Part shown: positions 18,497 through 29,837 of the stretch, piece by piece
Layout: the number at the start of each line of letters is the position of its first letter
Numbering within the stretch: position 1 is the stretch's first letter
Virus record (IMG/VR): IMGVR_UViG_3300035502_001146
Strand: one strand, 5' to 3'
Origin: an uncultured virus (IMG/VR IMGVR_UViG_3300035502_001146)
Lineage: Duplodnaviria; Heunggongvirae; Uroviricota; Caudoviricetes
Length of the DNA stretch: 64,000 bases
Program-made: the position numbers and the translations under genes
The notes under the pieces: generated by a model
The model's database searches: none
Told to the model about the DNA's origin: nothing
Seen by the model: the letters and a program-made list of their open reading frames with translations, nothing else

Positions 18497-19006
18497 TTAT
18501 ACCTCCTGAACCATTACAATAAATTCACCATACGCCTGATATATTGTTCTTATATAATTAATAAATTCTTGTGCTGCTTGTTCTTCTTGAAAATAAAAAG
18601 CAAAATCTATTATTTCATAATCAATATCTTCTTTATATTTAGAAAAAACATTATCAACCATATCAAATTCTTCTTTGGTTAAAATATTGTTTACAAAACA
18701 ATAATTAGGTGGTAATCCATTATATCTTAACTTATCGCTTTCAACAGGAGTGTTGATTTCTATCCCATTTATTACTAAATGAAATAGCTCTTTATTTAAA
18801 TCATCAATAATTTTATTATTGAGTATTTTATAGTCTTTAATAATTAAAGAATCATAAAGGGCTAATTTATGTAAAAACATAAGTAAATAAATAGGATAAT
18901 AAGAAATTTTGTAATTAGGTAAATATTTTACCAAGCTACTAAAACAACTTATTCTACTGCAATATTTATTGTCTAATCTTTTTTCATACAAATAGTAATA
19001 TTTCAT
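18497..19006 (-). CDS. Hypothetical protein (family A)
   Basis: LFHLVINGI motif. Confidence 0.7.
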   Translation of the reverse strand: MKYYYLYEKRLDNKYCSRISCFSSLVKYLPNYKISYYPIYLLMFLHKLALYDSLIIKDYKILNNKIIDDLNKELFHLVINGIEINTPVESDKLRYNGLPPNYCFVNNILTKEEFDMVDNVFSKYKEDIDYEIIDFAFYFQEEQAAQEFINYIRTIYQAYGEFIVMVQEV

Positions 19007-19023
19007 ATTATTCCTTCCTGTAT

Positions 19024-19560
19024 TTAAAATCTAACCTTTTTTGGTCTTTCTTCAAGCAAATAAGTATAATTAATATTATCTATAAAGCTAATAGCAAATT
19101 CATAATTCTTACTTTTAACCACATTATCCAAGTAATTCATTATATCAAAGCTATTCTGTTTACCTTTAAAGAAAACTTCTTTATCGCAACAAATTACATT
19201 TTTATTTGCCAATATATATTTACTTAAATTATTACATTCTCTAAGAGAAAAATCTTTTGCTAAATAAAAATAAGCCAATGATTCCTGTCCATCAAATAAT
19301 AAATGATTATCTTCATCTATAGTTATATTTAGATTTATTCCCTGTAATGTTAAATGAAATGTATGGGCTTTTAAATCTTCCAATACTTCCTCTTTATTAT
19401 CTACAACTTTAAATCTATTAAACATTATATTCCTATTGCTTAATATTTTGGTTGTGTCATCTTCATTAGTAAGACTACAAATATCATTATATGTAACAGT
19501 ACTATATTCCCATCTATAATTTATGTTTTTTATTTTTTGAATTGAATATAGCTTTATCAC
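19024..19560 (-). CDS. Hypothetical protein (family A)
   Basis: FNRF...FHLTLQGI...LLF...SLA.FYL...ECN motif. Confidence 0.75.
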   Translation of the reverse strand: MIKLYSIQKIKNINYRWEYSTVTYNDICSLTNEDDTTKILSNRNIMFNRFKVVDNKEEVLEDLKAHTFHLTLQGINLNITIDEDNHLLFDGQESLAYFYLAKDFSLRECNNLSKYILANKNVICCDKEVFFKGKQNSFDIMNYLDNVVKSKNYEFAISFIDNINYTYLLEERPKKVRF

Positions 19561-19583
19561 TTTTTAAATCCCCTTTCTATAAT

Positions 19584-20129
19584 TTATCCTACTTGTTCTT
19601 TGTATGCCCCTTTTTCATCATAATAATTATATTGTTCTCCATCTACAACTACTGCAAATGTTGTATTGGTGAATATTCCATCATTAATAAATGAGGTTAA
19701 TATTTTAGCGGTAATATAATTTTTAAAGAAAAGTTCAGCATCATAAACAAATATATCTTCATTTAATTCTTTTTCAATATACTTAGTTATATGGTTGCAT
19801 TCTCTAAGATTTAAAGTTTTGTTTATATAAATACCTGCCAATGTATTACTACCATTAAATAATAAATGATTATTTTCATCAATAGTTATTTTTATATCTA
19901 TTCCACGTAATAAAAAATGTAAAGTACGGGCTTTTAGTTTGTCAAGAACTTCTTTTTGATTTTTAATCACCATATATCTATTAAATAACATAGTTTTATT
20001 CCAATCAACAAGAGATTCAAATTTTTTCTCTCCTAATATATTACTGCATTTATTGAAAGTAAGTATTTTAAGTTTATATTCTACTTTAACCCAAGTTGAT
20101 TGGTGTATTGTGTATAAATATTTATTCAT
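19584..20129 (-). CDS. Hypothetical protein (family A)
   Basis: Same motif as its neighbours. Confidence 0.75.
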   Translation of the reverse strand: MNKYLYTIHQSTWVKVEYKLKILTFNKCSNILGEKKFESLVDWNKTMLFNRYMVIKNQKEVLDKLKARTLHFLLRGIDIKITIDENNHLLFNGSNTLAGIYINKTLNLRECNHITKYIEKELNEDIFVYDAELFFKNYITAKILTSFINDGIFTNTTFAVVVDGEQYNYYDEKGAYKEQVG

Positions 20130-20146
20130 AGTTTTACTCCTTTATA

Positions 20147-20737
20147 TTAATCATGTATATCTTTTGTTTTTCTAAATTCACTAAATCCTGTTATTATATA
20201 ATCATAATCCATACTTCCTATACTCATAATTGATTCTCTATCAATATTACATATTGAAGCTATATTGTTAGTTATACAAATTATATCCTTTGGTTTTCTA
20301 AAGAAGAACTCTTTATCATAACATATAATATCGTCCTCTTTATCAAGTGTCTTTGATATATATTTGCATTGATTAAAACTTAATCTACCATTTAAGTATA
20401 ACTTAGCTAATGAATGGTCGTCATTAAACAATAAATTATCATTTTCATCAATACTCATTTTTATATCTACATCTTGCAACTTTAAATAAAAGCTTACAGA
20501 ATTAAGAGATTTAACGACTTCTTCTTTATTATCTACTACCTTATATTTGTTAAAGAATATCACCTTAGGTTTATAATTATTTATTACATTAAGAATATCT
20601 TCGTGGTTGTTTAATTTTTTTATATCATTATAAGTAAGTATTTTTCCATTGTATCTATAACCCCATTTATCTTTTGGTATATCATCTATTTTTTTCATAC
20701 TTGCAATTGTATATAGATTTTTATAATTAAACTTCAT
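20147..20737 (-). CDS. Hypothetical protein (family A)
   Basis: Same motif as its neighbours. Confidence 0.75.
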   Translation of the reverse strand: MKFNYKNLYTIASMKKIDDIPKDKWGYRYNGKILTYNDIKKLNNHEDILNVINNYKPKVIFFNKYKVVDNKEEVVKSLNSVSFYLKLQDVDIKMSIDENDNLLFNDDHSLAKLYLNGRLSFNQCKYISKTLDKEDDIICYDKEFFFRKPKDIICITNNIASICNIDRESIMSIGSMDYDYIITGFSEFRKTKDIHD

Positions 20738-20749
20738 ATTTTCCTCTCC

Positions 20750-21340
20750 TTATATGTAACTATATCCTGCGAAATTACCATTCATTATTTCTAAGTAAAT
20801 TTCTCTATTTATATCCTTAACAAATAAGTTTTTACTATAGACATCATTAAGAATTGACTTTACCAAATCATAAGCATCTGTTCTTTTATTAAAGAATATT
20901 TCTTTATCAGAACAAACTATATTATCTTTTAATTCTTTTTCAATATAATTGGTTATGTAATTGCATTGTTTAAGAGTTAATTCATTATTCAGGTAAAAAT
21001 AAGCTAATGAATATTTATTACCAAACATTAAATTATTAGTATTATCAATACTTACACTTAGATTTATTCCCTGCAATTTAAAACAAAAGACGTGACTATT
21101 TAATTTATCTATTGCTTCTTTCTTATTAAGAAGCTCTTTTTGATTATGTATTACATTATATCTATTAAAACACACAGTCTTTATGTTTAATAATTTATCA
21201 TTGATTTTAGCTTCATTCGAAATATTACATAGTCTATTATATGTTAATTCATTTGCTTTCCAAGTTAATTTTAATTCTTCAAAAGCAGTACCATTAGCTA
21301 AATAAAATTCGGCTAATGTAAATAAATTTTTAGTAGCCAT
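20750..21340 (-). CDS. Hypothetical protein (family A)
   Basis: Same motif; promoter upstream. Confidence 0.75.
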   Translation of the reverse strand: MATKNLFTLAEFYLANGTAFEELKLTWKANELTYNRLCNISNEAKINDKLLNIKTVCFNRYNVIHNQKELLNKKEAIDKLNSHVFCFKLQGINLSVSIDNTNNLMFGNKYSLAYFYLNNELTLKQCNYITNYIEKELKDNIVCSDKEIFFNKRTDAYDLVKSILNDVYSKNLFVKDINREIYLEIMNGNFAGYSYI

Positions 21341-21428
21341 TTTTAATTTTCTCCTTTTGCTTTAATTTACATTTATTATACCACAATATTTATTATTTGT
21401 CAAATAAAAAATAGGTGAAATTATTCAC

Positions 21429-21989
21429 CTATAAAGTAATGATTTGTTTATTAGTAGTATCTATCCCCATACAATTAACGTGTATATTGTTATTTATCTT
21501 ATTATTAAATAATTCAATTTTTAAGAACTTTTCTACTTCTGACTTAGCTCTTAATATTTCTTCTTTATCATCAAAGTAAAAACAATTAGAAAAAAGTTCT
21601 TTCTTAATAAACGGTAAATTACATATATCTCTATTTACTTTAATTAAGAAATCTATATCATCAAATAAAAAGAATGGAGTTCTAAATTCAAAACCATCTT
21701 TCCAAAAAGTAACAGTACTAAATTGTTCTATTACTTTTATCTCTACATTTTCAATGGCTAATATTAATCCTACATCACATATTTTCTTTCTGTTAAGAAA
21801 AGATATATCCATTCCCTTATAGTTTTTCTTGACAAAATAATCAGGATAATCATCAGTATGTTCAACCCAATAATCATATAAATAAAAATTGTTATATTTA
21901 AATAAGATATTATTTACTTTTTTCCTACACTCATAAATTTCTTCGTGAGTTAAATGAGAAATATTTATATGTAATTTATATAAAACCAT
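21429..21989 (-). CDS. Hypothetical protein
   Basis: ORF with AGGAGG RBS. Confidence 0.65.
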   Translation of the reverse strand: MVLYKLHINISHLTHEEIYECRKKVNNILFKYNNFYLYDYWVEHTDDYPDYFVKKNYKGMDISFLNRKKICDVGLILAIENVEIKVIEQFSTVTFWKDGFEFRTPFFLFDDIDFLIKVNRDICNLPFIKKELFSNCFYFDDKEEILRAKSEVEKFLKIELFNNKINNNIHVNCMGIDTTNKQIITL

Positions 21990-22001
21990 TATTATTCCTC
22001 C

Positions 22002-22496
22002 TTAGTAATTAAAAAAAGTAAAGTCCGTTTTTTCTCTTACAGTATAATTATTAGGTATATCTAATTCAGAAACATCTTTTTCAGTATAGAAACATAAGAA
22101 CTTACTTGTTATCTGAATATCTACTTTTTTTAAATCTTCATCATTTATTATTCTTTTCTGTATATCATTAGAAAATTCTTCGTAAAACTTTAAATAATCC
22201 ATATTTTCTTCTACTAACCAAATAGGAATATCGTAATACTTATCAAATCTTAAATCAAGAACATAAGTTTCTCCATTATCTATTACATTATTAAGAATAA
22301 AACTTGTTTTAGTTCCCTGTATATCAAAAACAAAAGAAGAGCTACATTCTTTTATAATATTATTTAATCTTTCAGCTGTTGATAACCAACTTCGAGAAGC
22401 ATTGGCAGTTACTCTAAGAGTAGTTATTTTTTTTGCATCTTTAATATCGAATCCAACAACTCTTGCTATATGGCTTTCAAATAATTCAAAAAACAT
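22002..22496 (-). CDS. Hypothetical protein
   Basis: ORF with RBS. Confidence 0.65.
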   Translation of the reverse strand: MFFELFESHIARVVGFDIKDAKKITTLRVTANASRSWLSTAERLNNIIKECSSSFVFDIQGTKTSFILNNVIDNGETYVLDLRFDKYYDIPIWLVEENMDYLKFYEEFSNDIQKRIINDEDLKKVDIQITSKFLCFYTEKDVSELDIPNNYTVREKTDFTFFNY

Positions 22497-22511
22497 ATAA
22501 TCATTCTCCTC

Positions 22512-22922
22512 TCAAATGTATTTATACTTTTCTTTTAAAAGTTTCTTTATAATTCTATTTATAAAAGATTGAATATTCTCATTATCTATTTTTTCTCCAT
22601 AGAAACAATTTATAATCATTTCTCCTATAATATATTTATATTTTTCTTTTTCTAAGGATATAATCATTTTTAATTCATCAGGATATTCTCTATATTGTAT
22701 GAAATCTAAAAGATTAAAAATATATCCTATAATAACTGTTTTATTATATAATTCATTATTAAACATTACATCAAGGACATCATTATGGTAAAATTTATTA
22801 CCCTCTTGAAAAAACTTATTAGAAGAGTTCTTTATTCTTAATTCATCTTCCAATTGGTCTATTAAACATTCTTTTAATACTTCAAAAAATAAGTCTTTTT
22901 CAAAATTAAGTTTATTATCCAT
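22512..22922 (-). CDS. Hypothetical protein, paralog of 22932-23348
   Basis: Shared FF.EGN...N.ELYNK...GY.FN...KYI. Confidence 0.7.
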   Translation of the reverse strand: MDNKLNFEKDLFFEVLKECLIDQLEDELRIKNSSNKFFQEGNKFYHNDVLDVMFNNELYNKTVIIGYIFNLLDFIQYREYPDELKMIISLEKEKYKYIIGEMIINCFYGEKIDNENIQSFINRIIKKLLKEKYKYI

Positions 22923-22931
22923 AATTTCCCC

Positions 22932-23348
22932 TTAAATATATTTTAATTCTTCATTGAAAAAATTTTGTATTATTTCCTCTATGAAAAGATTTATATTTTC
23001 ATCTTCATCTTTAATATTATCGTAGAAATAATCAATGATTTTTATACCAATAGTAATATAATATTCGTCTTGCAATCTTACAAGTAACTTTAATACATCA
23101 GGAAAATTTTTGCGTTCAATAATTTTCAAGATATTAAAAGCGTAACCTGTCAAAATAATTTTATTATACAATTCTTTATTATCTTTTACTTCTTCTATAG
23201 GATAATTATAATAATTATTACCTTCACTAAAAAACTCAATATCAGGATATTTTAAAGGGTCATTGAACATATCTAATTCTTTAACTACCTGACTTTTTAT
23301 AAAGTCTTTAGCTATCCTATAAAAAGTATTTTGTTCTAATACAAACAT
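22932..23348 (-). CDS. Hypothetical protein, paralog of 22512-22922
   Basis: Shared motif with 22512-22922. Confidence 0.7.
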   Translation of the reverse strand: MFVLEQNTFYRIAKDFIKSQVVKELDMFNDPLKYPDIEFFSEGNNYYNYPIEEVKDNKELYNKIILTGYAFNILKIIERKNFPDVLKLLVRLQDEYYITIGIKIIDYFYDNIKDEDENINLFIEEIIQNFFNEELKYI

Positions 23349-23350
23349 AA

Positions 23351-23761
23351 TTAATCACCCGATTCTTGTAAAAGTTTTAAATCTTCATCATTAAGCTCTT
23401 GCATACATTTATCAGCTATATTTTTATTTAAAAAACATAAGCTCTGATTAAATATTCTTTTTACGCAACGAGCTTTATAAAGTTCTGTTATAATATAATT
23501 TACTTCTTCTACTGTTAGTATTTCATTTATTATCAAATAATAAAAGTTAGACATACCGCCAATAAAGAGTACATCATTATAAATATATTTATTTATCCCT
23601 TTAAGGTCTAAGAAGAATGTAACTTCCTTACTTAATTTTTTCTTCTTTATTTCAAAGCAGCAAGTTTTAATTATATTATATTTCCTTATATATTTGTTTT
23701 TTACTTCATTCCAATATAAACATCTTCCTTTATTTTTAGAATAAATCCTATATACTGTCAT
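23351..23761 (-). CDS. Hypothetical protein (family A-like)
   Basis: FFLDLKGI...ILTVEE motif. Confidence 0.65.
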   Translation of the reverse strand: MTVYRIYSKNKGRCLYWNEVKNKYIRKYNIIKTCCFEIKKKKLSKEVTFFLDLKGINKYIYNDVLFIGGMSNFYYLIINEILTVEEVNYIITELYKARCVKRIFNQSLCFLNKNIADKCMQELNDEDLKLLQESGD

Positions 23762-23831
23762 TGTTTTCTCCTTGTGTAATAAAAGGGTAGTAACTTGACT
23801 ACCCTTTTTTTAAATATTATTTTTGTATATA

Positions 23832-24686
23832 TTACTTATTTTCAGGTTCACCTACAAAATACTTACAGTGTACAGCAGAGAAATCAATATGAGGGTATTT
23901 AATACTTAAAGCGTGAGCAATCTTTTCAGAGCTTATATTAGTGCCTTGATATCTACATACATCTTTCTTCATACAATTTCTACACTCAGTACTTATTTCT
24001 TCTTTTACAGTAGATACATCTTCAGAAGTATTAATAGGAGATACATCACTAAAAGAAGTAATGTTATTAGTAGGTATATTTGAATATGTATTATTAGCAA
24101 AGTTATTATTGGCAAAGTTGTTATTAGGAATATTGTTAGGAATATTGTTAGCAAGACTATTAATAACACTATCTATACCATTAACATTTTTCTTTTCAGG
24201 AGTTTTAATGTTCTTCTTACTATTTTCATTCTCAACAGCCTTATCAAGTATATCTGCGATATCTTTAAGAGGATTCTTAACTTCTTCTGTTTTCTTTTCA
24301 CTCATAGCCTTTTCCATTTCCTTTCTTTCCAAATTTTTCTTTATATTATTAAGATTAGTTTCAAATGCCTTAATAAGTTCATCATAAACTTGATTATATG
24401 GCAATTTAAGTATATCTTCTTTCATATTATTAATTTCCTGAATAGGATTATTCTTATTTGGTTTTTCAATAGGTTCGTTATTAGTACCCTCTTTTGGATA
24501 TTCTTTGACAATAGAAGATAATGGTTTAAATCTCTTACAGAATCTTCCCTCATTGCAACCTGAATTATAATATTCCTGACATAAGGTACAAATTTTATCA
24601 TCTTTAGAAGAACCGTTACCTTGTGGAAAACGATAACCGCTCTCTAATAATTCTTTTATAAATGCTGATACATCCTTACTGTTCAT
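23832..24686 (-). CDS. Hypothetical protein with Cys clusters at both ends and an Asn-rich linker
   Basis: CTLC...C...C and CRNC...C...C motifs. Confidence 0.7.
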   Translation of the reverse strand: MNSKDVSAFIKELLESGYRFPQGNGSSKDDKICTLCQEYYNSGCNEGRFCKRFKPLSSIVKEYPKEGTNNEPIEKPNKNNPIQEINNMKEDILKLPYNQVYDELIKAFETNLNNIKKNLERKEMEKAMSEKKTEEVKNPLKDIADILDKAVENENSKKNIKTPEKKNVNGIDSVINSLANNIPNNIPNNNFANNNFANNTYSNIPTNNITSFSDVSPINTSEDVSTVKEEISTECRNCMKKDVCRYQGTNISSEKIAHALSIKYPHIDFSAVHCKYFVGEPENK

Positions 24687-24752
24687 ATGTAATCTCCCTT
24701 CAAATGATTATAATTTATTATACCACATTTTTTATTTTTTGTCAAGTATTTT

Positions 24753-25232
24753 TTAATCGTCAAAATCTGTATTATATGTATATTTAGCTTCTATGATTTT
24801 TAACATATCTTCATATAAAGATTTTTCTTCATAATAAAAACCTGTATAGTAACAATCACATACATCTTGTAAAATAACCATTATTTTCTTAACTATATCA
24901 ACAGGAAATAGATTTAATAAATCATCAGTATTCAAAAAGTAACCTGAATTATCTACAACATATACTCTACCTGCCATTACTTCCAATGATATACCGTTTA
25001 ATTTAAAAAGCATTTGTAATTCCACAGGAAAACAATCTGTTATTGCTTCTGCAATTTCGCTATAATTAGTCATAGTATTAAGAATGGCATTATAATTTTT
25101 ACAATATATAGAATGTACGGATGTTTTTGTCTTTAAATAAAAAGCACTTACTATTGGTATTGAGCAAGTATTTTTAAGTATATCTACCAAATCTAAATTA
25201 TAATGATAATCTTCACCTGATATTAGGTACAT
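24753..25232 (-). CDS. Hypothetical protein
   Basis: Paralog of 9920-10405. Confidence 0.65.
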   Translation of the reverse strand: MYLISGEDYHYNLDLVDILKNTCSIPIVSAFYLKTKTSVHSIYCKNYNAILNTMTNYSEIAEAITDCFPVELQMLFKLNGISLEVMAGRVYVVDNSGYFLNTDDLLNLFPVDIVKKIMVILQDVCDCYYTGFYYEEKSLYEDMLKIIEAKYTYNTDFDD

Positions 25233-25701
25233 TAAAATTATTTCCTCTCTTTCTGTATATATTACATATTAACTCAGGAGTTAATTTTTTCTTTACTATA
25301 TCTGCTTTTTCTTTATTTAAAAATAAATATTTATGAGTAATAGGGTTTGCTATTTTTTCTAATGATGAATAAATACTATTTAATATATCAAAAGAAAAAT
25401 AACTATTTATTTCTTCAAAGTCTTTCTTAAAATCATAAATTTTTGAATCTTTTCTTAACTGTATAGAAAAGCCCCATAATATTAAACTTACTCCTTGTAC
25501 TTTAAGGAAAAATTTAATATCATCTGATAAAGAATCCATAAGCATATTATCCAATTCCTTTGAACTTAAATTTTGATGTTCAAATTTAGAAAGATAGAAT
25601 GAAACTATTTTACAGTCACAAGCATTATTTATATAATTAAATTTTTCTTTTTGCTTTTTTGTTGGATTAGGATTATATACTTCCATCTCATAATAGTCCA
25701 A
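25213..25701 (-). CDS. Hypothetical protein
   Basis: TTG start after GGAGG; paralog of 9920-10405. Confidence 0.65.
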   Translation of the reverse strand: MDYYEMEVYNPNPTKKQKEKFNYINNACDCKIVSFYLSKFEHQNLSSKELDNMLMDSLSDDIKFFLKVQGVSLILWGFSIQLRKDSKIYDFKKDFEEINSYFSFDILNSIYSSLEKIANPITHKYLFLNKEKADIVKKKLTPELICNIYRKRGNNFNVPNIR

Positions 25702-25811
25702 AATTATTACCTCCCTCTTTAGTTATTTTATATGTATTATTATACCATATATTCTATTGTTTGTCAATATTTTATAATAAAAAAGAGAGGTAATTTATAC
25801 CTCTCTTTAAA

Positions 25812-26372
25812 TTATTGAGTATTCTTTTTTCTTCTTTCATTCTTAAAACAATACTTTTCATAAAAATCATGCATATTACGTTTTAACCAAGTATGCGTAG
25901 CTGATGGAGATAGATAGAATAATTTAGCTAATTCATTTCCCCACCCTTTTTTAGAGAAATCTATATTACAATTTTCTACTATTTCTTTTCTTTCATCAAT
26001 AATAGCCTGCTGATTATAACAATGATTTTCAAAGAACTCAGGCATATATTTTTTTACATAATTAAAAGTATTACCTTGATTAACACCAAAGAGGTGGCTT
26101 AATTCCTTACTCCAACCTGGTTTAGAAAAGTCTATATTACAATTCTCCACTATTGACTTTCTTATTTCAAGCATATCATCCACTTTATAAGCATTTTTAT
26201 ATTCATTAGGCATATTTCTTTCTACCCAGTGGTAAGCTGCTGTATAAGATATATTTAATATATCTGCTACTTTATAACACCATCCCTTTTGAGCGAAATC
26301 TATATCATTATTAATAATTAACTGTTTTCTATCTGCTGTATCTGTTATGTCTATTGTCTTTGTCATATACAA
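25812..26372 (-). CDS. Repeat protein, 3 copies of the IDFSKxGW HTH-like repeat
   Basis: Repeats visible in the translation; own promoter and terminator. Confidence 0.8.
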   Translation of the reverse strand: MYMTKTIDITDTADRKQLIINNDIDFAQKGWCYKVADILNISYTAAYHWVERNMPNEYKNAYKVDDMLEIRKSIVENCNIDFSKPGWSKELSHLFGVNQGNTFNYVKKYMPEFFENHCYNQQAIIDERKEIVENCNIDFSKKGWGNELAKLFYLSPSATHTWLKRNMHDFYEKYCFKNERRKKNTQ

Positions 26373-26692
26373 AAACTCCTTTCCTTAAAAAATATTTTCC
26401 TCTCATTTATGTCTTTATTATAACACACTTATTATTCTTTGTCAAGACTTTTTTATAATTTTTAGATTATAGGTTTTATTTCTTACTAAACATTATGTTA
26501 TATATTGAAAAAATTATACATAGAAAATTTAATTTTTTTAAAGACTTTTAATAATTAAATTATTTATTAGAGAAAAATAAAAATATAGTATGGTAAGAAA
26601 TTCATCAAGAAATAATTCCTTAAGAAAAACTTAACCATACTATATTTAGAAAAATTATTAAAAAGATTATATAAATCTATAAGGAGCTATAA

Positions 26693-28549
26693 TTAATCTT
26701 CACTCTTAACTTTATTCTTCTTACAGTTCTTTTCATAGAAACTGCTCATATTATTCTTAACCCATATATAAGCTGATATAGGTTCTATATTGAATATTCT
26801 ACCAAGTTCAGTTGACCAACCTCTCTTAGAGAAATCAACAGTACCATTATTGATAATTTTAATCATTTGGTTCATTCTATCTGATGAAATTTTCTTTACT
26901 GATTTATTAAGAGCGTTATTAGAATCTTCATCTAAATAACAAATCTTGAATAAATTAGGAGCTTTATATTTTACAAAATCAAAAGCTCTATCAGGAGAGT
27001 TATTTAATTCTATAGATAATCTTATGCACCAATCCTTTTTAGTGAAATCAATACCAAGACTATTTAAGAATATCTCGGTAGCATTTTTCTTAACTTCAAT
27101 ATTTTCATTATTAGAAATATTATTAGAATTGTTTGCAGGATTATTTTTAGAATTATTCACAGGAGTGTTCACTACTTCTGTTTTATCATCAATATTATTA
27201 ACCGTATTTGATTTTTCATTATTAGGAATTTCCTTATTGGAAACCTCTTTATTAGAAGCTTCATTATTATCGATAAGAGAATCTTTAAAAGCAACAATAG
27301 ATTTATTATTTAAATCAAACATATGATTTTTAATCCACTGCTTTGCATTTTTTTCTTTAATACCAATAAGATTAACTAAATCTTTTTCCCAACCGAATTT
27401 ATTTAAATCAATATCACTTTCATTAACTATTCTTATATAATCAGCAATAGTAGCTGATTGATTGTCGTGATAACAATTTTCAAAAAATTCAGGCATATAA
27501 TTAGCTACGAAACTAAATGTTGCTTTAGGAGTAGAATTAATTTCTTTAGCCAATTCTATATACCAATTTCTTTTACTAAAGTCTATATTGGAATTTTTAA
27601 TATTATTAATCTTATCCACGGTACTCTGTGAAATAGGCTTTGCAAAAGTTCCCATTAAGTCAAGTAAATTACTTTCCATCCATATCTTAGTACTTTCAGG
27701 TGAAATACCAAAGAGCTTAGATAATTCAACACACCAAGTATTCTTAGAGAAATCAATATTACTTTCATTAATAATCTTTAATCTTGCTGCCTTTAATTCT
27801 TTATATCTATCTGCTACTTCCACTTCCTTATTTATTTCAACGTCTTTACTGTTTTCATACGCCTTAGTATAAAATTCAGGAACATTTGTTTTTATCCAAG
27901 AGAACAAGTCTTTTGATGGAACATTTATCTTTTCAATGAGTTTGATTCTCCAACCCTTCTGCTGTAAGAAATCATTAGGTAGATTTTTAATTATTTCAAT
28001 TCTTTGCTCATCAGTAATATTCTCATCAAAATTCTTATAGTTTATACTAACAGGGTCTTTAGATTTTCTTCTATAATATACTCTTTTTTCTTTAGGCTTC
28101 TTTACGACAACCTTTTCCTTTTTAATGCGAGGATAAGAATTTTCATAAAGTTCAGGCATATTAGTTTTAATCCAAAGAAGTACAGCTGCTGGTGTAATAT
28201 TTAACTTTTGTGCAAGTTCTGAACACCAACCTCTTTCTTCAAAGTTTATACCACTATTTAATATAGTATGTTTTCTGTATTCATTCTTTACTTTCTGAAT
28301 GGGAACATTCTTTTTATTATTTATAGTAGTATTATCTTCTGTTACTGTTTCTGAATTATCCATTAGCTTACTACAAGCCTTATTGTAGAACTCAGGAGTA
28401 TATTGCATAATAAATCTTGGTAATATATTTGGTGATATACACAACATTTTACTAAGTTTATCAAACCAATCTTCCTGATTAATGAAATCATCATTTAGAG
28501 AATTGACAATTTTTATCTTACGTTTAGTCTCACTATCGAGATTCTTCAT
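26693..28549 (-). CDS. Repeat protein, ~8 copies of the IDFSKxGW repeat
   Basis: Repeats visible in the translation. Confidence 0.85.
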   Translation of the reverse strand: MKNLDSETKRKIKIVNSLNDDFINQEDWFDKLSKMLCISPNILPRFIMQYTPEFYNKACSKLMDNSETVTEDNTTINNKKNVPIQKVKNEYRKHTILNSGINFEERGWCSELAQKLNITPAAVLLWIKTNMPELYENSYPRIKKEKVVVKKPKEKRVYYRRKSKDPVSINYKNFDENITDEQRIEIIKNLPNDFLQQKGWRIKLIEKINVPSKDLFSWIKTNVPEFYTKAYENSKDVEINKEVEVADRYKELKAARLKIINESNIDFSKNTWCVELSKLFGISPESTKIWMESNLLDLMGTFAKPISQSTVDKINNIKNSNIDFSKRNWYIELAKEINSTPKATFSFVANYMPEFFENCYHDNQSATIADYIRIVNESDIDLNKFGWEKDLVNLIGIKEKNAKQWIKNHMFDLNNKSIVAFKDSLIDNNEASNKEVSNKEIPNNEKSNTVNNIDDKTEVVNTPVNNSKNNPANNSNNISNNENIEVKKNATEIFLNSLGIDFTKKDWCIRLSIELNNSPDRAFDFVKYKAPNLFKICYLDEDSNNALNKSVKKISSDRMNQMIKIINNGTVDFSKRGWSTELGRIFNIEPISAYIWVKNNMSSFYEKNCKKNKVKSED

Positions 28550-28769
28550 TTATTTTCCCCCTTACTATACTTTTAACTTTTCTTTACAAACAAATTTCCA
28601 CTTCTGATTTACTACTATTATAGCATACTTTTTATTGTTTGTCAATACTTTTTTAAACAAAAAAAGAGAGGTAATATCTACCTCTCTTGTATAATTTTAT
28701 TGATTTTTTATCAAACACGTTATTGATATTTTTTAAATAATGATTTTTTATAGAGTTGCTTGTAAAAAA

Positions 28770-29567
28770 CTATTTGTAGCAATGTGTTTCATAAAACTCA
28801 GGTTTATTATCTCTTACCCAAGCTTTAGCTTCGTTTGCTGTACAACTAATTTTTTCACTAAGTTCTTTACAGAAATTATAATGCCAATTTTTTTGATGAA
28901 AATCAGTTATAGATTCTGCAAATATTTGATTAAAAATATCCTCTGATACTTCTTTAGAAGTGGATTTTTTTAATCTTTTATTTCTTGTATCTACCTGTTC
29001 TTCTTCTCCAAAGAACCAAGGCATATACTGTTGAACGAATACATAAACTTGTTCTTCGTTCATATTAACAGCTTCCGCTGCTTTAAACTTCCAATCGTCA
29101 TCAGCATAACCAGTTACTTCAAGTATTTTAGAAATAATCGTTGCTCTTTCTTCATTAGTATATGTACTTCTAATTGTGTTACTATTGGTATTGCTATTTA
29201 TTGCTAATTGTGTTACATTGTTTGTTGCTTTATTTGTTGCTACTTTCTTTGTTACATTTTTAGCTTTAGTATTACTAATAGTCTTACTAACAACCTTTGG
29301 TATTGCTTTGTTTGTTTCTTGATTTTGTTGATTATGTTGCTTAATTGTAGTTGTTGCTTGTAAAACATCTTCTTCGTATTTATAACAGTGTTCAAAAATG
29401 AGTGGGTAATTCCTTTTAACATATTTATATGCTATTCTTTGTGATGTACCATATAACTTAGCTAATTCAATATCCCAACCTTCTTTTTTTAAATTTAAGC
29501 CATTTTCAATGGCTTCATTTGTTATAATAAGTCTCTTACTTCTAAGTTGTCTTGGTGAAAGCGACAT
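28770..29567 (-). CDS. Repeat protein, ~3 divergent repeats
   Basis: GW.IELAK and W.R.NKPEFYE..C motifs. Confidence 0.75.
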   Translation of the reverse strand: MSLSPRQLRSKRLIITNEAIENGLNLKKEGWDIELAKLYGTSQRIAYKYVKRNYPLIFEHCYKYEEDVLQATTTIKQHNQQNQETNKAIPKVVSKTISNTKAKNVTKKVATNKATNNVTQLAINSNTNSNTIRSTYTNEERATIISKILEVTGYADDDWKFKAAEAVNMNEEQVYVFVQQYMPWFFGEEEQVDTRNKRLKKSTSKEVSEDIFNQIFAESITDFHQKNWHYNFCKELSEKISCTANEAKAWVRDNKPEFYETHCYK

Positions 29568-29837
29568 TTGCGTTCTTTTAACCTCCTTTATAAATGTGTA
29601 GTATGCTTAGAAAAAAACACTATTTTATACTAATTCTGTATAAACCGTTTTTGTTCTTAAGTATAACATAATTATATAACACTTTCCATTATTTGTCAAG
29701 GTGATTTGTAAATAATTTCTAATAAAAAAAAGAGGGTAGGTTTAATTCTATCCTCTTTTTATATAACTATAATTTACCTATTATGGTAAAAATTACTATT
29801 ATTAAAAAACATTAATTATTAACTTTTTTGTTGTTAA

